A stretch of DNA of 64,000 bases. It comes from the human T2T-CHM13v2.0 reference genome, Homo sapiens. Position numbers and translations under genes: made by a program. The notes under the pieces are model-generated. The model saw only the letters and a list, made by a program, of their open reading frames with translations. It was not told where the DNA came from and did not search any database. This document shows, in pieces, positions 41,618-55,100 of the stretch. Location: NCBI RefSeq assembly GCF_009914755.1, contig NC_060926.1; one strand, 5' to 3'. The first letter of the stretch is position 1. Every line of letters begins with the position of its first letter.

Positions 41618-44600
41618 TACACATTGAAACATTGAATCTTTATTTTCTCAAAATGAGCCTGACCCAGTTTAGGTTATCTCCTGAGGTCAAACAGTTATGA
41701 GCCAGGACAAGAGGAAGTCTGTCTGCTTCTGTCAATGTGTAATCAGCCTGCAGAAATTTCTGGAATGCTGGTGGCTGAGATGCCTTTGGTGTTACTCAAG
41801 GAGTGTCTTATCTGTAAGACTACTTTTCTAAAGGAAAGGGAAAATAATTCAACCTAAACTTTCTGAATTCACAAAGATTAAATGAGGACAGTGTTGTTGT
41901 GGGGTGAATGAAAAATGAGTACAATAGTAAAATAATATAAAGGGAACTAACTCTAGGGTAAGTCCATCAAAATAATTACGCATAAAAGCTCATGAAACAA
42001 ATACAGGCTTTGTAGGAATAAACGCTGTTAGAACGCCTGAACAATACCTTTGAAATAGTTGCATAATCGTTGTAAGGAAATTAGGCGATGGCTTATGCAT
42101 ATTTCATGAAGCCTGTACGTCGCCCTGTCTAGGCTTGTGCACACACTTACGAATGAACAGCAGCCAAAGCACTCACTTTTGCATTTAATAGCAGTGTAAA
42201 TCTGATCTGCAAATGTATCCCCACACTTTCTCAATATGCTTTTCCCTAATTTTTTTTTCCTGTAGAAAATTCTACTCATCCTTTAAAGCCTCAGACATAG
42301 CCTTGTTGGTAGCTGGTAATACATGGATTACTGATTTAAATAAAAACAGACTGAATTTTGCATGTTTCTAGTACTATTGATAAACACGTTTTGGATTATC
42401 CAATTTTATGAACTACAATAGGTCTTTTCTGTTGTAAAAGAAGATCTCTTCTGAATGTAGAAAAAAAAAAAGCTGCAGAGCCATCTGTTAAAGGTATACT
42501 GAACATGAACTCTGTGTGAAGTAGTGACAAGAACACTAGCCTGATGGTTAGGAGATATTGGTCCTTATCCTAACTCATCATCGATTCCGTGTGCAACTTT
42601 TAACAGACATCTTTCCTGTTGTTTCTGTTTGTACGACTTAGTCAGGAAAGATACCTTGTTAAACGTTGCACAGAGAGTGCAGCTTAACTTGCAGAGTAAG
42701 TTGCTTACTATACAGCACATTTAGCTTCTTGCCTTTTCAGATAGACTGTGGTCAACAGGCATTGTTGTGCATCTTTTATGTCCAATAACACTCAGCAGTG
42801 TGAGGTACCTAGAAGATACTAAGATATTTCGCTTTAATTGATTTAAATTAATTGGATTTTATTGTTCTCCTGTGTGGACTAGAAAAAACCATCCTTGCTC
42901 TGCATACTGCACACTTTGTTCTGTGGCAAATCATTGCATGTGAGGTTATGTTAGGGGAAACAACACATAAGGCATTATGTAAACAGATCGGGGCCAGCAT
43001 CTTCATCTCAAGAGAAGCAGATCTGACTTATATGGCCTAACCTGTGAATTCAGTAAAGGGAAATAAATCCTTTGTAGGTTGAATAACAGCAACCAAAATA
43101 CCAGCTCTAGAATCTGCGTGTTGAAACCTCACAATGCTGCAGCATTTTTTTCTGCAGGAATATTGCATCTGAGCTTCTCATCTATTTTTCTGCCTTCATG
43201 TATGGGTGTCTCTGATTGATTCATAAATATGGAAAGTCGTTGTCCTTATTTAGAATCAGGACCATGTCATCTTTCCCTGTTATACAATGCTGTCTCACAG
43301 GGGCACAACACTTTCACCCACAGTGTTGCTGGAGCTTCACAAAAACAGTGATTCAAGTAAGGAGATTCTCCATATTTTTGGAAGACAAACTCAATAAAAT
43401 GAATTGATTTGCCAATATCAAAAGGCTGCTTAGTATCAGAGCCAAGATAAAAATAAAGGATGCTTGATTCCCAGACCTCGTCATGGTTCTTTCCCACCAT
43501 AGTACCTTGGACTTGAAAGGAAAAACTGGTTCATGTGACATAGATCCTTGAGATCAATTACAGCCCATCTCCGGTGTCCATGTTTGACTTCACATTAGTG
43601 ACCTATAACTATTTAGTTACATTCTCAGTCTCCTGAGTTTCAGTTTGATGCCTTGGTTTACTTCCAGAAAAACCCACAAGGTAGATGATAAGCCATTAGG
43701 GAATTATGTTCTTACCACTCTAACAGCAGCTGTTCAACATGAGGTTATACCATCTCTCAGCAGGGACATTGGCATATGATTACCACTCTAAAGACTTCCA
43801 AGGATCTTTTTTCTCAGGACCATCCTTACATTGGAATATTTGGCATTCTGTATCTTCTAGAAATGTAGATACATAAAATTTTTGTTAGGTTGGGATCTTT
43901 AAGAAAGCTATGTTTATAATATCTTCTTAGAGAGGGCTCCAGCCATTGTAGTCTCTATTCTGACAACTCATCTTTTCGTATTTTAAAAAATCCCCAAATT
44001 ATTATGCTAGTATCAGCATTAAATTTCTTTCCTGTCCATCCTCATAAAATAACAGATGTGATTAAGTCAATATTTTGGATACTTTAACATTATCTGATTC
44101 ATTTTCAGACCAAGTGAAGCTTTATCCAGATGTTCATGACTTTGATCTAGAATGGATGGCAAGTATATTTATCAAGACATTAATTGTCTTCTAACCACCA
44201 GCTCTTGCATATAACCACGTCATGAATAAAAACTTTAAAAATCAAGTTATTGCCAGTCTAGAAATATGCAAAATATTTTGTTTCCTTACATTGATTATAG
44301 ACTCTGGTTAATGTTTGATCTAGAATGAATAGGTGATATCTTGCATATCACTGGTTTTCCAGAATCTTTGAAATATATATTTTTATTTCTAAATAGACTT
44401 ATTCAGAAACATACTTATACATTTAAAGAATGTATAAAATAAAACAATCTGCTTTGTAGCAGCCTTGGTTGCATCACTTTTGTGATAATATATGTAATAA
44501 ATTTATTAAGGTAAGACTGTTATTTTTCTTACTCCTTCCTATTTCTTAGTAGTGTTATGTGCACAAAATGGATTCTGATGATTTTAACAAATAAATATGT

Positions 44601-46019
44601 ACCACTAATATGTGTAAGCAAGTATTCTAGGTTCCTCATGAACAAGTATCAGTGCTATATAATTTATTTAATTGTATAGATAATTCAGTATGTAGATGTA
44701 ATTATGACCAATGTTTATAATGTGTTGTGTGCTTCAGTTACTGTCATTTTACTTTAACCAACTACAAAATCTTAAAAAGTGTGAGTCAGAAGCTGAGTGC
44801 TAATTGGTATTCTAGGTTTTCAGAACGGCATAAGAGTAGAATAAATGTCATTGCCTACTTTTAAGGTACTTGTCACCTATATAGGGTGAAAAACCAAGAA
44901 CAGGTCAATGCCCTTTGGAGCTCCAGGCCTTACCTTGGGAGGAACATTAAGCACAGGGGATTTCATCTTTTAGGCCTCCATGACATTGTTCCTGGCACAG
45001 AAAATTCTCTTTATCATTTGCTGATAGACAGGGAAGGTTGAGGGACAGAACAGTCCTGTTCAAAAGCAGGGTCAGCTAAGAGGGAGGCCAATAATATGGC
45101 CTGGAGTTTTTGGCCACCAGCCTCCATCGATCCTTCTGGAAGGCCAAGACTATTGGCTATATTAAACTGATCTAAAACAAGCCCTATGATCCCAATTACA
45201 TGTCCATGAAACATGAAACTATAATATGATATAATATATATTTTCTATATTTTTTCTATATATTTTCTATATTTTCTATAATATATATTTTCTTATTAAG
45301 CTTTTTGTCAGGAACACTCACACTAGTGTTTCCTTTTCTAAGTATTAGGGCTCCTTCCATGTCCAAGTCAGCCTCCCTATGCTCAGGCCTGGGAAGCCTC
45401 TCCTTCATTTCCATTGACTGCTCCAACTTCCTCTCTTCTCTGTGAGAGGTTTTATAACTAAGATGAGCCTACAGAGTGAGATGTGATACTCTACACATGT
45501 TCTTTCTTGCTGCCCTACATTATAAGCTTTGTAGGAGAACATATGGTAAAGGAATATAAACATGCAAAAGTGTGCTCCCAAGTTCTCACCAAGGACTTAC
45601 CAAGTTCTCTTGGTGTCTCTCTCCAGCCTGACTCTTTCTGAGAGGTTAATGTTTGTTTTGATTCTCTTGAGGGTAGTATTGACTGCTCTCTTCCCCAAAC
45701 CCTTGAGCCTCTTTCATCCTAATTTTGAGGAGTTTATGTGAATTATTTATGCCTTATTGTCCTTTTATATAAGCTTGAAGTTGACGTACAGACAGAACAA
45801 TGTCTATGAACCTAATTTTATGAACGATAAAATCACAGGAGATGGACCTGGTTACTGAAAGGAAACAAAGCTATTTGTCTGAATATCATTTACGGAAAGT
45901 ATACTGGGTGCCAGAAACTGGTTTGGTGATAGCTGGATGAATAGGACAAGGCCTTTGCTCTCTAAAAATTTTAGATTTTTGGGAAATAAGTGAAAAGTAA
46001 ATTACATGTTGGAAATAAG

Positions 46020-46300
46020 AAATTGAAGTGTTTTGGCCTGGAGAACAGAAGCCTGGGAGCAGAGGAGGGAAGGGAAGCATGGTAGCTGTCTTCAAATAAT
46101 GGCTGAATAGTCTTAGACAAAGGAGCTAGGAATGGTGATTAATAGGAGCAGATAATTCTGATACTGCTTAATGTACTGAAGGCCTTTCTAAATAATCAGA
46201 GCTGCTTGACTTTGAAATTAGCTCCAGTGAGATGTGATGAGCTTCATCTCTGCAGAAGAGGTGATCTCTCATTGAGACATTATGGGAATCTCAGGGGTGC
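46020..46300 (+). mobile_element. L3/CR1 3' fragment
   Basis: TTTGGCCTGGAGAACAGAAG...ATGGTAGCTGTCTTCAAATA...CTTTCTAAATAATCAGAGCTG resembles the CR1 3' end. Confidence 0.5.
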
Positions 46301-47639
46301 TAGTGGGGCCCCAAGATGCTATTAATCTACTTAGGCTGTGTTTTGTATAACTTTCTGACCTGGGCTCTCAGAACTACAGGGACTGAGTGGGAAACTCTTG
46401 AGCCTCAAAGCTAATTTCTCACTTATGATTTCTATCCCAGTTTATTCACCTCGATGTCGGCCTTTCCAAAGTAGCACTTCTATGAAGCATTGTAAAAACA
46501 TTTCCAGAAATGAATTTTCTTCTTAAATCTATTTTTCTAGCCTCCCTTTGGTGAAAAACCTTGTTTCTTTTGGTTCTTTAATATTCAGCCTTTGTTTTGA
46601 CTCAGTGTATTTTGCAGTGTTCTAATCATTATTTCTTTGCTACTGTTAAATTACCCCCAATCCCCAGACTTTGCTAGATAAAAGATTGATAAGTATTTTT
46701 ATTGGAATGCCATAGTCTCTAAACTTCAGTGACTTTGTAAAGTTTCATCAGAAGTGAGGCTTCTGAGTTTTTAGTAAATATAAATACTCATTCTCACTGC
46801 TGCTTAGAATTTCACTGATTACACTTTGGAACTGCATAATTGTGTAATTAATCTTGAGAGTGTCAGAATGCATATTTTTAAAAGTAATTTCCTTAGGGAA
46901 ATAATACATATCTCATTATTTTTTACTGTAATTGATATTCATGGGCTCTTAGTTTATAGGTATAAAACCTGACAGACACGGCCAATATCAGTGCCATATA
47001 TTATTAAAATGGATTAATTTTTCAAACACATCTTCCATTCAATTTCTCATTAAATGAGGCATTGTAAATTCTGCTGTCAAGGGATACAAATAACATGATT
47101 ATGCAATACTTGCATTATTCAAATTTTTCTTGGCTAGGATGGTTGTCTGCCATAAACACTGCATTCATTCTTCATGGAAGAGAATTTTAGGACGCAGTTG
47201 TCAAACCTAATCAAGAACCAGCTGAAGCTCAAATCTTGAATATTCTCATTGCTTTCACAAGTAAAGAGCATGTGATCATTTATTTACAAATCGCATCCTG
47301 GGAGAAACCTAAAGAAAGAGTAAAATTTACTTTACCTGTAGTTTCTGGAAAAAAAAAAAGTATGCCTCATTCAAGGACCACCATTTCTAACACAAATATG
47401 AACAAATGGATGGATGAATAAATGAATCATGATGGTTAAAGGAAGAGTGATACATACCAGCATTGACATGGGTAAATTGAAGTAAAAACACATATGTCTG
47501 TCAATAAGGGTATCTTATACTGTGCATTCACTCACAATCACATGGACACCAGTTTGCCACCTACACATAACGATGCTGCCCTGTGCGATGGCTTTCAATT
47601 TCTCAGTAATAAAAAGTTTAGTGGAAATCTTGAAGCATT

Positions 47640-48470
47640 AGGCCTAGATGAATGCCAGGCACTGGGCTATATGAAGTTGAATAAGACAGGGTTATGCTGG
47701 TGAAGATCTCATCATGTCATTGGACAGGCACATAACTGAGCACAATAATTCGAACATGATGTTTTTGCAAGTGCCAGCAAAATGCTATGTGCGCCCAAAG
47801 AAGACATCATCTCACACTGCAGGGGGTTAGAGGCTAGTAGGGGAAGCTTCTCAGAGGAGGAGAGATCTGAGTATTGGCTTGAAGGATAGCGAGGGCTATG
47901 CCTGTGGGAGGAAGGAAAAGAACTCAGAACTGAGAGACCAGCAGGTACAGAGGTAGAAGGTAGGACTGGGCCTGGCATTGGCAAGAATCACTATTAAGCT
48001 CCTCAGGGATGGAACAAAGGGTTGGTGGCAGTTGTAGGCCTACCCTGGTCCTATTCTGTGGGTAGTGGAGTGGGTCTGGAGGTTATGATGCAGGGAGGAA
48101 GCTAATCATACTGCTTTCTGGAAGGCCACTCTGAAGACAAGGTGGAGGGCAGATTGGAAGATAGCAGAGCTAGAGTGAAGAATTGTTTTTAGTACAGTGC
48201 CAGGAAAATGAAAAGAGAAAGTTTGATCTGAAAGATATATACAAGATTGAATTCAACAGGATATTGTGACTGATAGATTCAAGGCACAGAATGAGAGGAG
48301 TGGAGAATTAATTTTGAGCCCTGGGTAGATTATTAGGCCATTAATGCAAATCAGAAATTGAAGAGTGGTAGAGACATATTAGATGATGAGTTCAGTTTGG
48401 GGCATGCTGCGTTTGACTTGCTTATGGCATTCAGGCACACATATAAGATTTGCGATATCTAGGAAGCAGA
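47640..48470 (-). mobile_element. L2 fragment
   Basis: TGCCAGGCACTGGGCTATATG...GGAAGCTTCTCAGAGGAGG...GATGATGAGTTCAGTTTGGGGCATGCTG. Confidence 0.7.
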
Positions 48471-48472
48471 GG

Positions 48473-49935
48473 TTTTTTTTTTTAACTTTAATTTTTGGAG
48501 CATATTTAGGTTCATAGCAAAAATGAGCTGCAAGTACAGAGAGTTCTCATATATTCCCTGTACCCTCCTGATATGGTTTGGCTGTGTCCCCACACAAATC
48601 TCATCTTGAATTTTCACATGTTATGGGAGGGACCCAGTGGGAGGTGATTGAATCATGAGGGCAAGTCTTTCCTCTGCTGTTCTCATAATAGTGAATAAGT
48701 CTCACAAGATCTGATGGTTTTAAAAAGAGGAGTTCTCCTGCACAAGCTCATTCTCTCTTTGCCTGCCACCATCCACACAAGATGTGACTTGCTCCATCTT
48801 GCTTTCTCCCATGATTGTGAAGCCTCCTCAGCCATGTGGAACTGTGAGTCCAATTAAGCCTCTTTCTTTTGTAAATTGCCCAGTCTCCGGTATGTCTTTA
48901 TCAGCAGCATGAAAACAGATTAATATACCTCCTTCTCACCCATACAGCCTCCCCAACTACCAACATCCCCCACAGTTGATGGACCTACATTGACACATCA
49001 TTGTCATCCAAAGTCCATAGTTTACATTATGGTTCACTCTTGGTGTTATACATCCTATGGGTTTCAACAAAGGTATAATGACATGCATCCACCATCTTAG
49101 TATCATACTGAATCACTTCACGGCATAAGTAGTCCTCTGTGCTCTATGCATCCCTTTCTACCCCCTAATCTCTGGCAACCACTAAATCTTTTTATTGTTA
49201 CAAGTTTTGCCTTCTCCAGAATGTTACAGAATCAGAATCATACAGTATGTAGCCTTTTCAAGTTGGCTTCCTTTCCTTAATAATATGCATTTTAAGTTCC
49301 TCCATGTCTTCATGGCTTGATAGCTCATTTCTTTTCAGGGCTGGATAATGTTTCATTGCCTGGATGTGCCACAGTTTATTTATCTATTCATCTACTGAAA
49401 GACATATTGGTTGCTTCCAAGTCTTGAAAATTGTGAATAAAGCTGCTATCAACACCTGTGTGCAGTTTTTCTATGGATTTGTTTTCAACTCATTTGGATA
49501 AACACCAAGAAGCACAATTGCTTGATTATATGGTTGAAATGTGGTTAGTATTGTAAGAAACTGCCAAAGTGCTGTATCATTTTGCATTCCCAATAACAAT
49601 AAATGAGAGTTCCTGTTGCTTCACATTCTCACCAGCATTTGATGTCAGCGTTCTAAATACAGGCCATTCTAATTGGTGTGCTGTTGTATCTCATTGTTGC
49701 TTTAATTTACAGTTATATGATGTGGAACATGTTTTCATATTCCTATTTTCCATCTATGTCTTTATTGGTAAAGCATCTGTCACATCCTTAACCTATTTTC
49801 ATTTTTTAATCAGATTTTTTGGTTTTCATTGTTGAGTTTTAAGAGTTGTTTGTATATTTTGGATAACAGTCCATTATCAGATAAGTATTTTGCAAATATT
49901 TTCTCCCAATCTGTGGCTTGTTTTTTTCATTGTCT
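48473..49935 (-). mobile_element. L1MC1/2-type 3' end, interrupted by THE1
   Basis: GACACATCATTGTCATCCAAAGTCCATAGTTTACATTATGGTTCACTCTTGG...TTTGCAAATATTTTCTCCCAATCTGTGGCTTG. Confidence 0.85.
48569..48927 (+). mobile_element. THE1A/B solo LTR
   Basis: TGATATGGTTTGGCTGTGTCCCCAC...CAGCAGCATGAAAACAGATTAATATA. 5-bp TSD CCTCC. Confidence 0.93.
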
Positions 49936-49999
49936 TGAGCAAGCAGTTTTTTATATTTATAAAATGGAGAAAATAATTATAATTACTCACTGTGACTTA

Positions 50000-50680
50000 T
50001 TTAAACTTTTAATTTTGAAATAATTTTAGATTTACAGAAGAGTTGTAAAGATAGGACAGAGTTCCTATACACTCTCCTCAGCTTCATTTAATGTTACCAT
50101 CTTATAAAACAAAGGTGCATTCGTAAAATCGAATAAACAGTAGCATAACAATATTAACTAAATTATAAACCTTATTCAATATCATTAGTATTTATTTGAT
50201 GTCATTAGTATTTCCACTAACGTCCTATTTCTCTTCCAGGATCCATTCAAGGCTACCATGTTGCATTTAGTTATTATGTCTCTGCAGTCTACCCCAGTTT
50301 GATTGTTTCTTAGCCTTGTTTTTCATGACCTTATTACTTTTGAAGGGTGCTAGTTTAGTATTTTGTAGAATGCTTCTCAGTTGTGTTTGTCTGTTGCTTA
50401 CTCATTATTTACTGGGGTTTATAGCTTTTTGAAAGAATACCACAGTGGTAAGGTACACTTCTCATCATATCATATCAAAGAATACATGATATCAACATGA
50501 CTTATCACTGGAAATGGCAACTTTTCTTAGTTAAGGTGGTATCTACCAGATTTCTTGGTAACTGTAACTACAGTAACTGTAAAGTTACTATTTTTCCCTT
50601 TCTGTACTCTATTCATTAGGTACAAGTCACTAAGTCCTGCTCCCACAAGGGAAAGGAAATTAGCTCTACTCATCATAATT
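50000..50680 (-). mobile_element. Old L1M (MC/MD-type) 3' end
   Basis: TTTTAATTTTGAAATAATTTTAGATTTACAGAAGAGTTG...CCAGGATCCATTCAAGGCTACCATGTTGCATTTAGTT. Confidence 0.75.
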
Positions 50681-50934
50681 TTTTGAGTCTCCAAAAAGTA
50701 AGCATCAGTACAGTTATTCACAATAACATTAGTAATAATAATTCTGCTTTTTTTTCTATGAACATCTAACAGAAGTTATTAGTCACTAAGAAGGAACCAT
50801 AAAGAAGAAACATCATGAAGATTTCAGCAGCTCAGCTCCAGATATACTTTTCTTTCAGTTACTTGAAGCTTCCCAGAGAAAAACATCCCTTAGGTATTTG
50901 GTGGTATTGTACAGACTGACCATCAATTAGGGGA

Positions 50935-51334
50935 TGATATAGATTGAATATTTGTCCCCACCCATATCTCATGTTGAATTGTAATCCCCAGTACTGGAGC
51001 TGGGGCCTGGTGGGAGGTGTTTGGATCACATGGGCAGATCCCTCATGGGTTGATGCTGTTGTCCCAATAGTGAGTTCTTGTGAGATCTGGTCATTCAAAA
51101 GTTTGTGGCAACTCCTCCCTGACTCTCTCTGTCTTGCTCCTGCTCTGCCATGTGAGACATCTGCACCTTCTTCACCTTCCACCATGATTGGAAGCTTCCT
51201 GAGACCTCCCCAGGAGCAGATGCCACTATGCTTCCTGTACAGCCTGCAGAACTGTGAGGCAATTAAACTTCTTTTCTTATAAATTACCCAGTCTCAAGTA
51301 TTTCTCTAGAGCAGTGCAAGAATGGCCAAATATA
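50935..51334 (+). mobile_element. MSTB-type MaLR solo LTR
   Basis: TGATATAGATTGAATATTTGTCCCCACCC...CAGCCTGCAGAACTGTGAG...GAATGGCCAAATATA. Near-TSD GGGGA/AGGGA. Confidence 0.9.
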
Positions 51335-51442
51335 AGGGACATTCTACAAAACAATGATTCTATACTCAGCAAGAAGACTCAATCCAAAGCTAGCCATCTG
51401 GGCTGTGCCAACTTTATTTCAAAATCACCAGAGGTTGAAATG

Positions 51443-52115
51443 TTGGCCAAGGGACTAATCTGAATTATGTACCTGAAGCAGCACCTTAGCTGGGAGATGT
51501 GAAAACTCAATAATAAACAAATGGCAAACAAAACCAACTCTCTGGGGGAGGCTGCTTAGATTAACTGAATTCTGAACTGAATGTTTATTTATTTCTACAA
51601 CAGTACTATGTGTTCATAGAACAAATATTTATGAGCCATGGCACATGTTTAGACCAAGAATTGGGGTAATAAAAACTGAATTTCAAGTTGAATGTAAATA
51701 CAACTATGCACAAGTTTCTGAACTGAATAATAAACATCCATATAGCTTTTAGGCACCATATGTGATTTATAGTATTTAAATATCTAAAATATCTTTTCTC
51801 TGTTTATAAGTGCTGATATTTTCTTCCTAGTCTCTTTTTCCCTTTCTTCTTTCACAATATTTGGCATATTGTGACATGCTGGGATTCCCCTGAAGGAGCA
51901 GCCATACCTTTCCGAACAAACCCGGCCATGCTGTGTTCAGTGATAAGGGACAAATTTCACCCAAGAGTTCACTTGGCCAAAGGACTAATCTGAATTATGT
52001 ACCTGAAGCAGCACCTTAGCTGGGAGATATGAAAACTCAATAATAAACAAATGGCAAACAAAACCAACTCTCTGGCGGAGGCTGCGTAGATTAACTGAAT
52101 TCTGATCTGAATGTT
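51443..52115 (+). repeat. 143-bp direct duplication (51443-51585 and 51973-52115)
   Basis: TTGGCCAA(G/A)GGACTAATCTGAATTATGTACC...CTGAATGTT is repeated at an offset of 530 bp, with 5 substitutions by manual alignment. Confidence 0.95.
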
Positions 52116-55100
52116 AATGGAAGACAATGGAAGACACAACAGGAAGAAGGCTTATGAAGCTGGAACCATGTTTGGGTACTCTTTGTATCTCCTGCTGGGC
52201 TCATGTTTCTTTGAGGACAAGAATAAGGAGTGATTTTTTTGGAGAGTCATGTGCCCAGTAAAGAGTCTGGCTAAGCCATTCATTCTTTCCTCCCACAGCA
52301 TCCATGGCTGGCAACTTCTATTATAAAAGTGAATGATCAAATTTGAATTGAAAAGCCACAATCTGAAGGCAAATCCATCTTGGCTGGAATTCCTTGATTC
52401 TTGACTACGTAAAACAGCATATTGCTACTTACACCTTTTAAGTAAATAATAACAAATTCTTCCCTCCAAACACAAGAATTTGATCCTAATATGGCATGTG
52501 TTAATCTGACCAACACTTTTTTTTTTTTGCAATAAATCTATCTTTAGAAGGCAGTGAATTTCTTTACTAAGGTCCACACTTTATCAAAGTCACTGCTCAG
52601 AGATAATTGTAGAATAGTACAAAGAATACAGAATTTGAAATTAAATGATTTGGTTCAGATACTAGCTCAATTTGAAAACTGCATGAAGATTAAAAATGAT
52701 ACAAAATAAGAGATGATATTTGACCTGGGCCTAGAAGGCTGAGTTGGTTTATCATCTGGGGAAGGGGCAGAGCACATGAAGGTGTGAAGCATGAAGATGC
52801 TGGTGTGTGCCTATGGAGGGAAGTGGTGGGAAGTAAAAAAAAAAAAAATTAGATTAAGCCTAGGTTTAAAAGTGACAGATGCAATGTTGAGAAGTTTAAG
52901 ACTTGGCTATAGGGCGTAGGAAAGCATTAGAGTTTCCTGAGTAGTTTTAAAAGGGTGATTTTGGGGGTGATGTGAGGTGCGATCAGAGGAGGTAAGACTA
53001 ATGGCAGACAGATGTGTCTGAGGGATGTTTCAAGAGTCCACAGGAGGGAGGATATATGAGGGAATGTAAAGGAATACTGGATGGAATATTTGTGAAGTCA
53101 AATCTCCAGACCCTCCCATCACTTCATGGATGTAGTAGAAAGACAGCAGATTCCAGAGCAAGGGAAGATACAAGAGACAATGAAGGAGAAGGACGGACAG
53201 TACTGGATGATGAAGTGGGTAGGAAGGAGAAGAGGAAAGATTCTAAGAAAACTTCCCTGTCTCCAACTGGGGTAATAAGAGTGTGGGTGTAAGTAGAAAA
53301 TGTGATTTGAAAACGGAAAAAGTTGCAGGTTTGGAGTGAACAATGAAAAACAAAAGCCAGTTGCAAAGAGAGGGCTTGAAATCTTGCCATTTATAAGAGG
53401 GTTTCGAAGGCTGCTTCCCTTTTCTTTATTTCTCACCTGTGGGAGGGGTTGGTCCAAATGGTCTCCGGGGGCTTTCTGGATTTAGCTATAGATCCCGTGT
53501 TTTTCAGCAAGGTTCTGTAAGCTTCCTGGCTCCCTGAGGCTCTCGGGGCTGTAAGAGCTTTCTGCTGCTGTTGGATGATCTCAGACTCAATTATGGGTTC
53601 CCACAAGTGTGCTTTGAGGCCAGAGATTTTCACACACTGGAAAAATGCTACATGAGAGGAAAACAACCTCCCACTTTGGGGAATGTAATGAGGAAACATG
53701 AATGTTTCCAGCTAACTGCTTTTTATGGGCTATGAATAAGTAAATACAGAGTGAAATGGGAGAGCAAACATGTGCTTCAATGGAGAAATATTTGTTTAGT
53801 GAGCTAATTGGTACTAGCCCAATTTATCCTTCAGAAGGGCAAAGCTTGGTGTGCTCAGTGTGGGACCCGAGTCTGAGGCAGACCTTCTCTGGTCCAGATG
53901 GCATCACTGGTTCTTTGGTTCATTTGTACTTTCATATATCAAACACTTATTTGGCATCCACATCATGCCAGACTTAGTGCTAGGCCCTAGGACACAGATA
54001 TGCACAGCTTATAACTTTAAAGAACTCCCAGTTCACTGAGTGAAAGAGGCTTGCATACAATTAATTACAATGTCATTTGGCAGATCTGAGATGAGAGATA
54101 CATGTATGCACTTTATTTCCTTATCTCTTGTCTTACAGGCATTAGCATGTAAGAGTAATTGCGCATTTCTATTCCATGGAGCTTTTCTGGGACTGGGAAA
54201 CAATATAAAACATCTGAAGCATGTTGTGTACCTACAGTGTGTTTCCCTTTGCAACAATCCTGCCAATAATTGTTTTTGTAGTTGAATAGCTAAGACAGAG
54301 TGAGGTTAGGTGATGTTCCTCAGATCACAATAGTAAGCATACAAACCTAGATAGAAGCAAATGTTTAGCTCCAGAGCACATGTATTTTTCTCCTTTATTG
54401 CATGGTTTGGAAATGTGATCTGAGAGCCCTGCAATACCCAGCCCCTGTAGCAGGTGTGGGTTCAGGACCCCAACATAGCTGAAGATCTGCTAAGATGTCT
54501 CCTGTTTACCCCTTGGCCTTTCCCATACCCTTTCATGTCCACATTGGTAGACCAGTCATCATAGCAATAGAAGTGCCATTCCTTGCAACCTGGTCCTAAC
54601 TGGGTAGTATGCTGCTCTCAGGACTGTTTCGGAGTCCTTTAAGACTGAAGACAAGTATTTGAAGCAAATTTAACCTGAAGACATCACCGGGCAAAGAGGA
54701 TAGACACTCAGAATCAGCCTCCTGCTTTTGCTGACAATGCCTGTCAATCTGGGCCTTTGTGATGAAGCAGGGTATCTTTTCCTGTGTGCTGGTATGAGAT
54801 GCTTCCTTGGCTCAGGCTTACATAGTAACCACATATGGGAAAAGAGCCTGGATGTAGGATACCTCCAGGGTGAAACACTAAACTTAGCACAACTTGGAGA
54901 TAAAGTCCCAACTCACGTGTGTGAGTTTTCTTCCTCCACTGCCAGAAGTATTCCTCCTCATCTTCCATGGCTTCTCATGGATTGGTGGCCTCATGTTTTC
55001 TTCTCCCTTCTCACAGACGCCTTTCCAGAGCATCTTGCAGCATGGTGCAGTGAAAAGAGCATAGGATTTTGAGGTGGATAGGTTTGGACTTGCAGTGTGA

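Noticed and set aside
44140-44330. 14-bp direct repeat TTTGATCTAGAATG ~173 bp apart
   Set aside because: The flanks do not align convincingly and it is too short to call a duplication or TSD.
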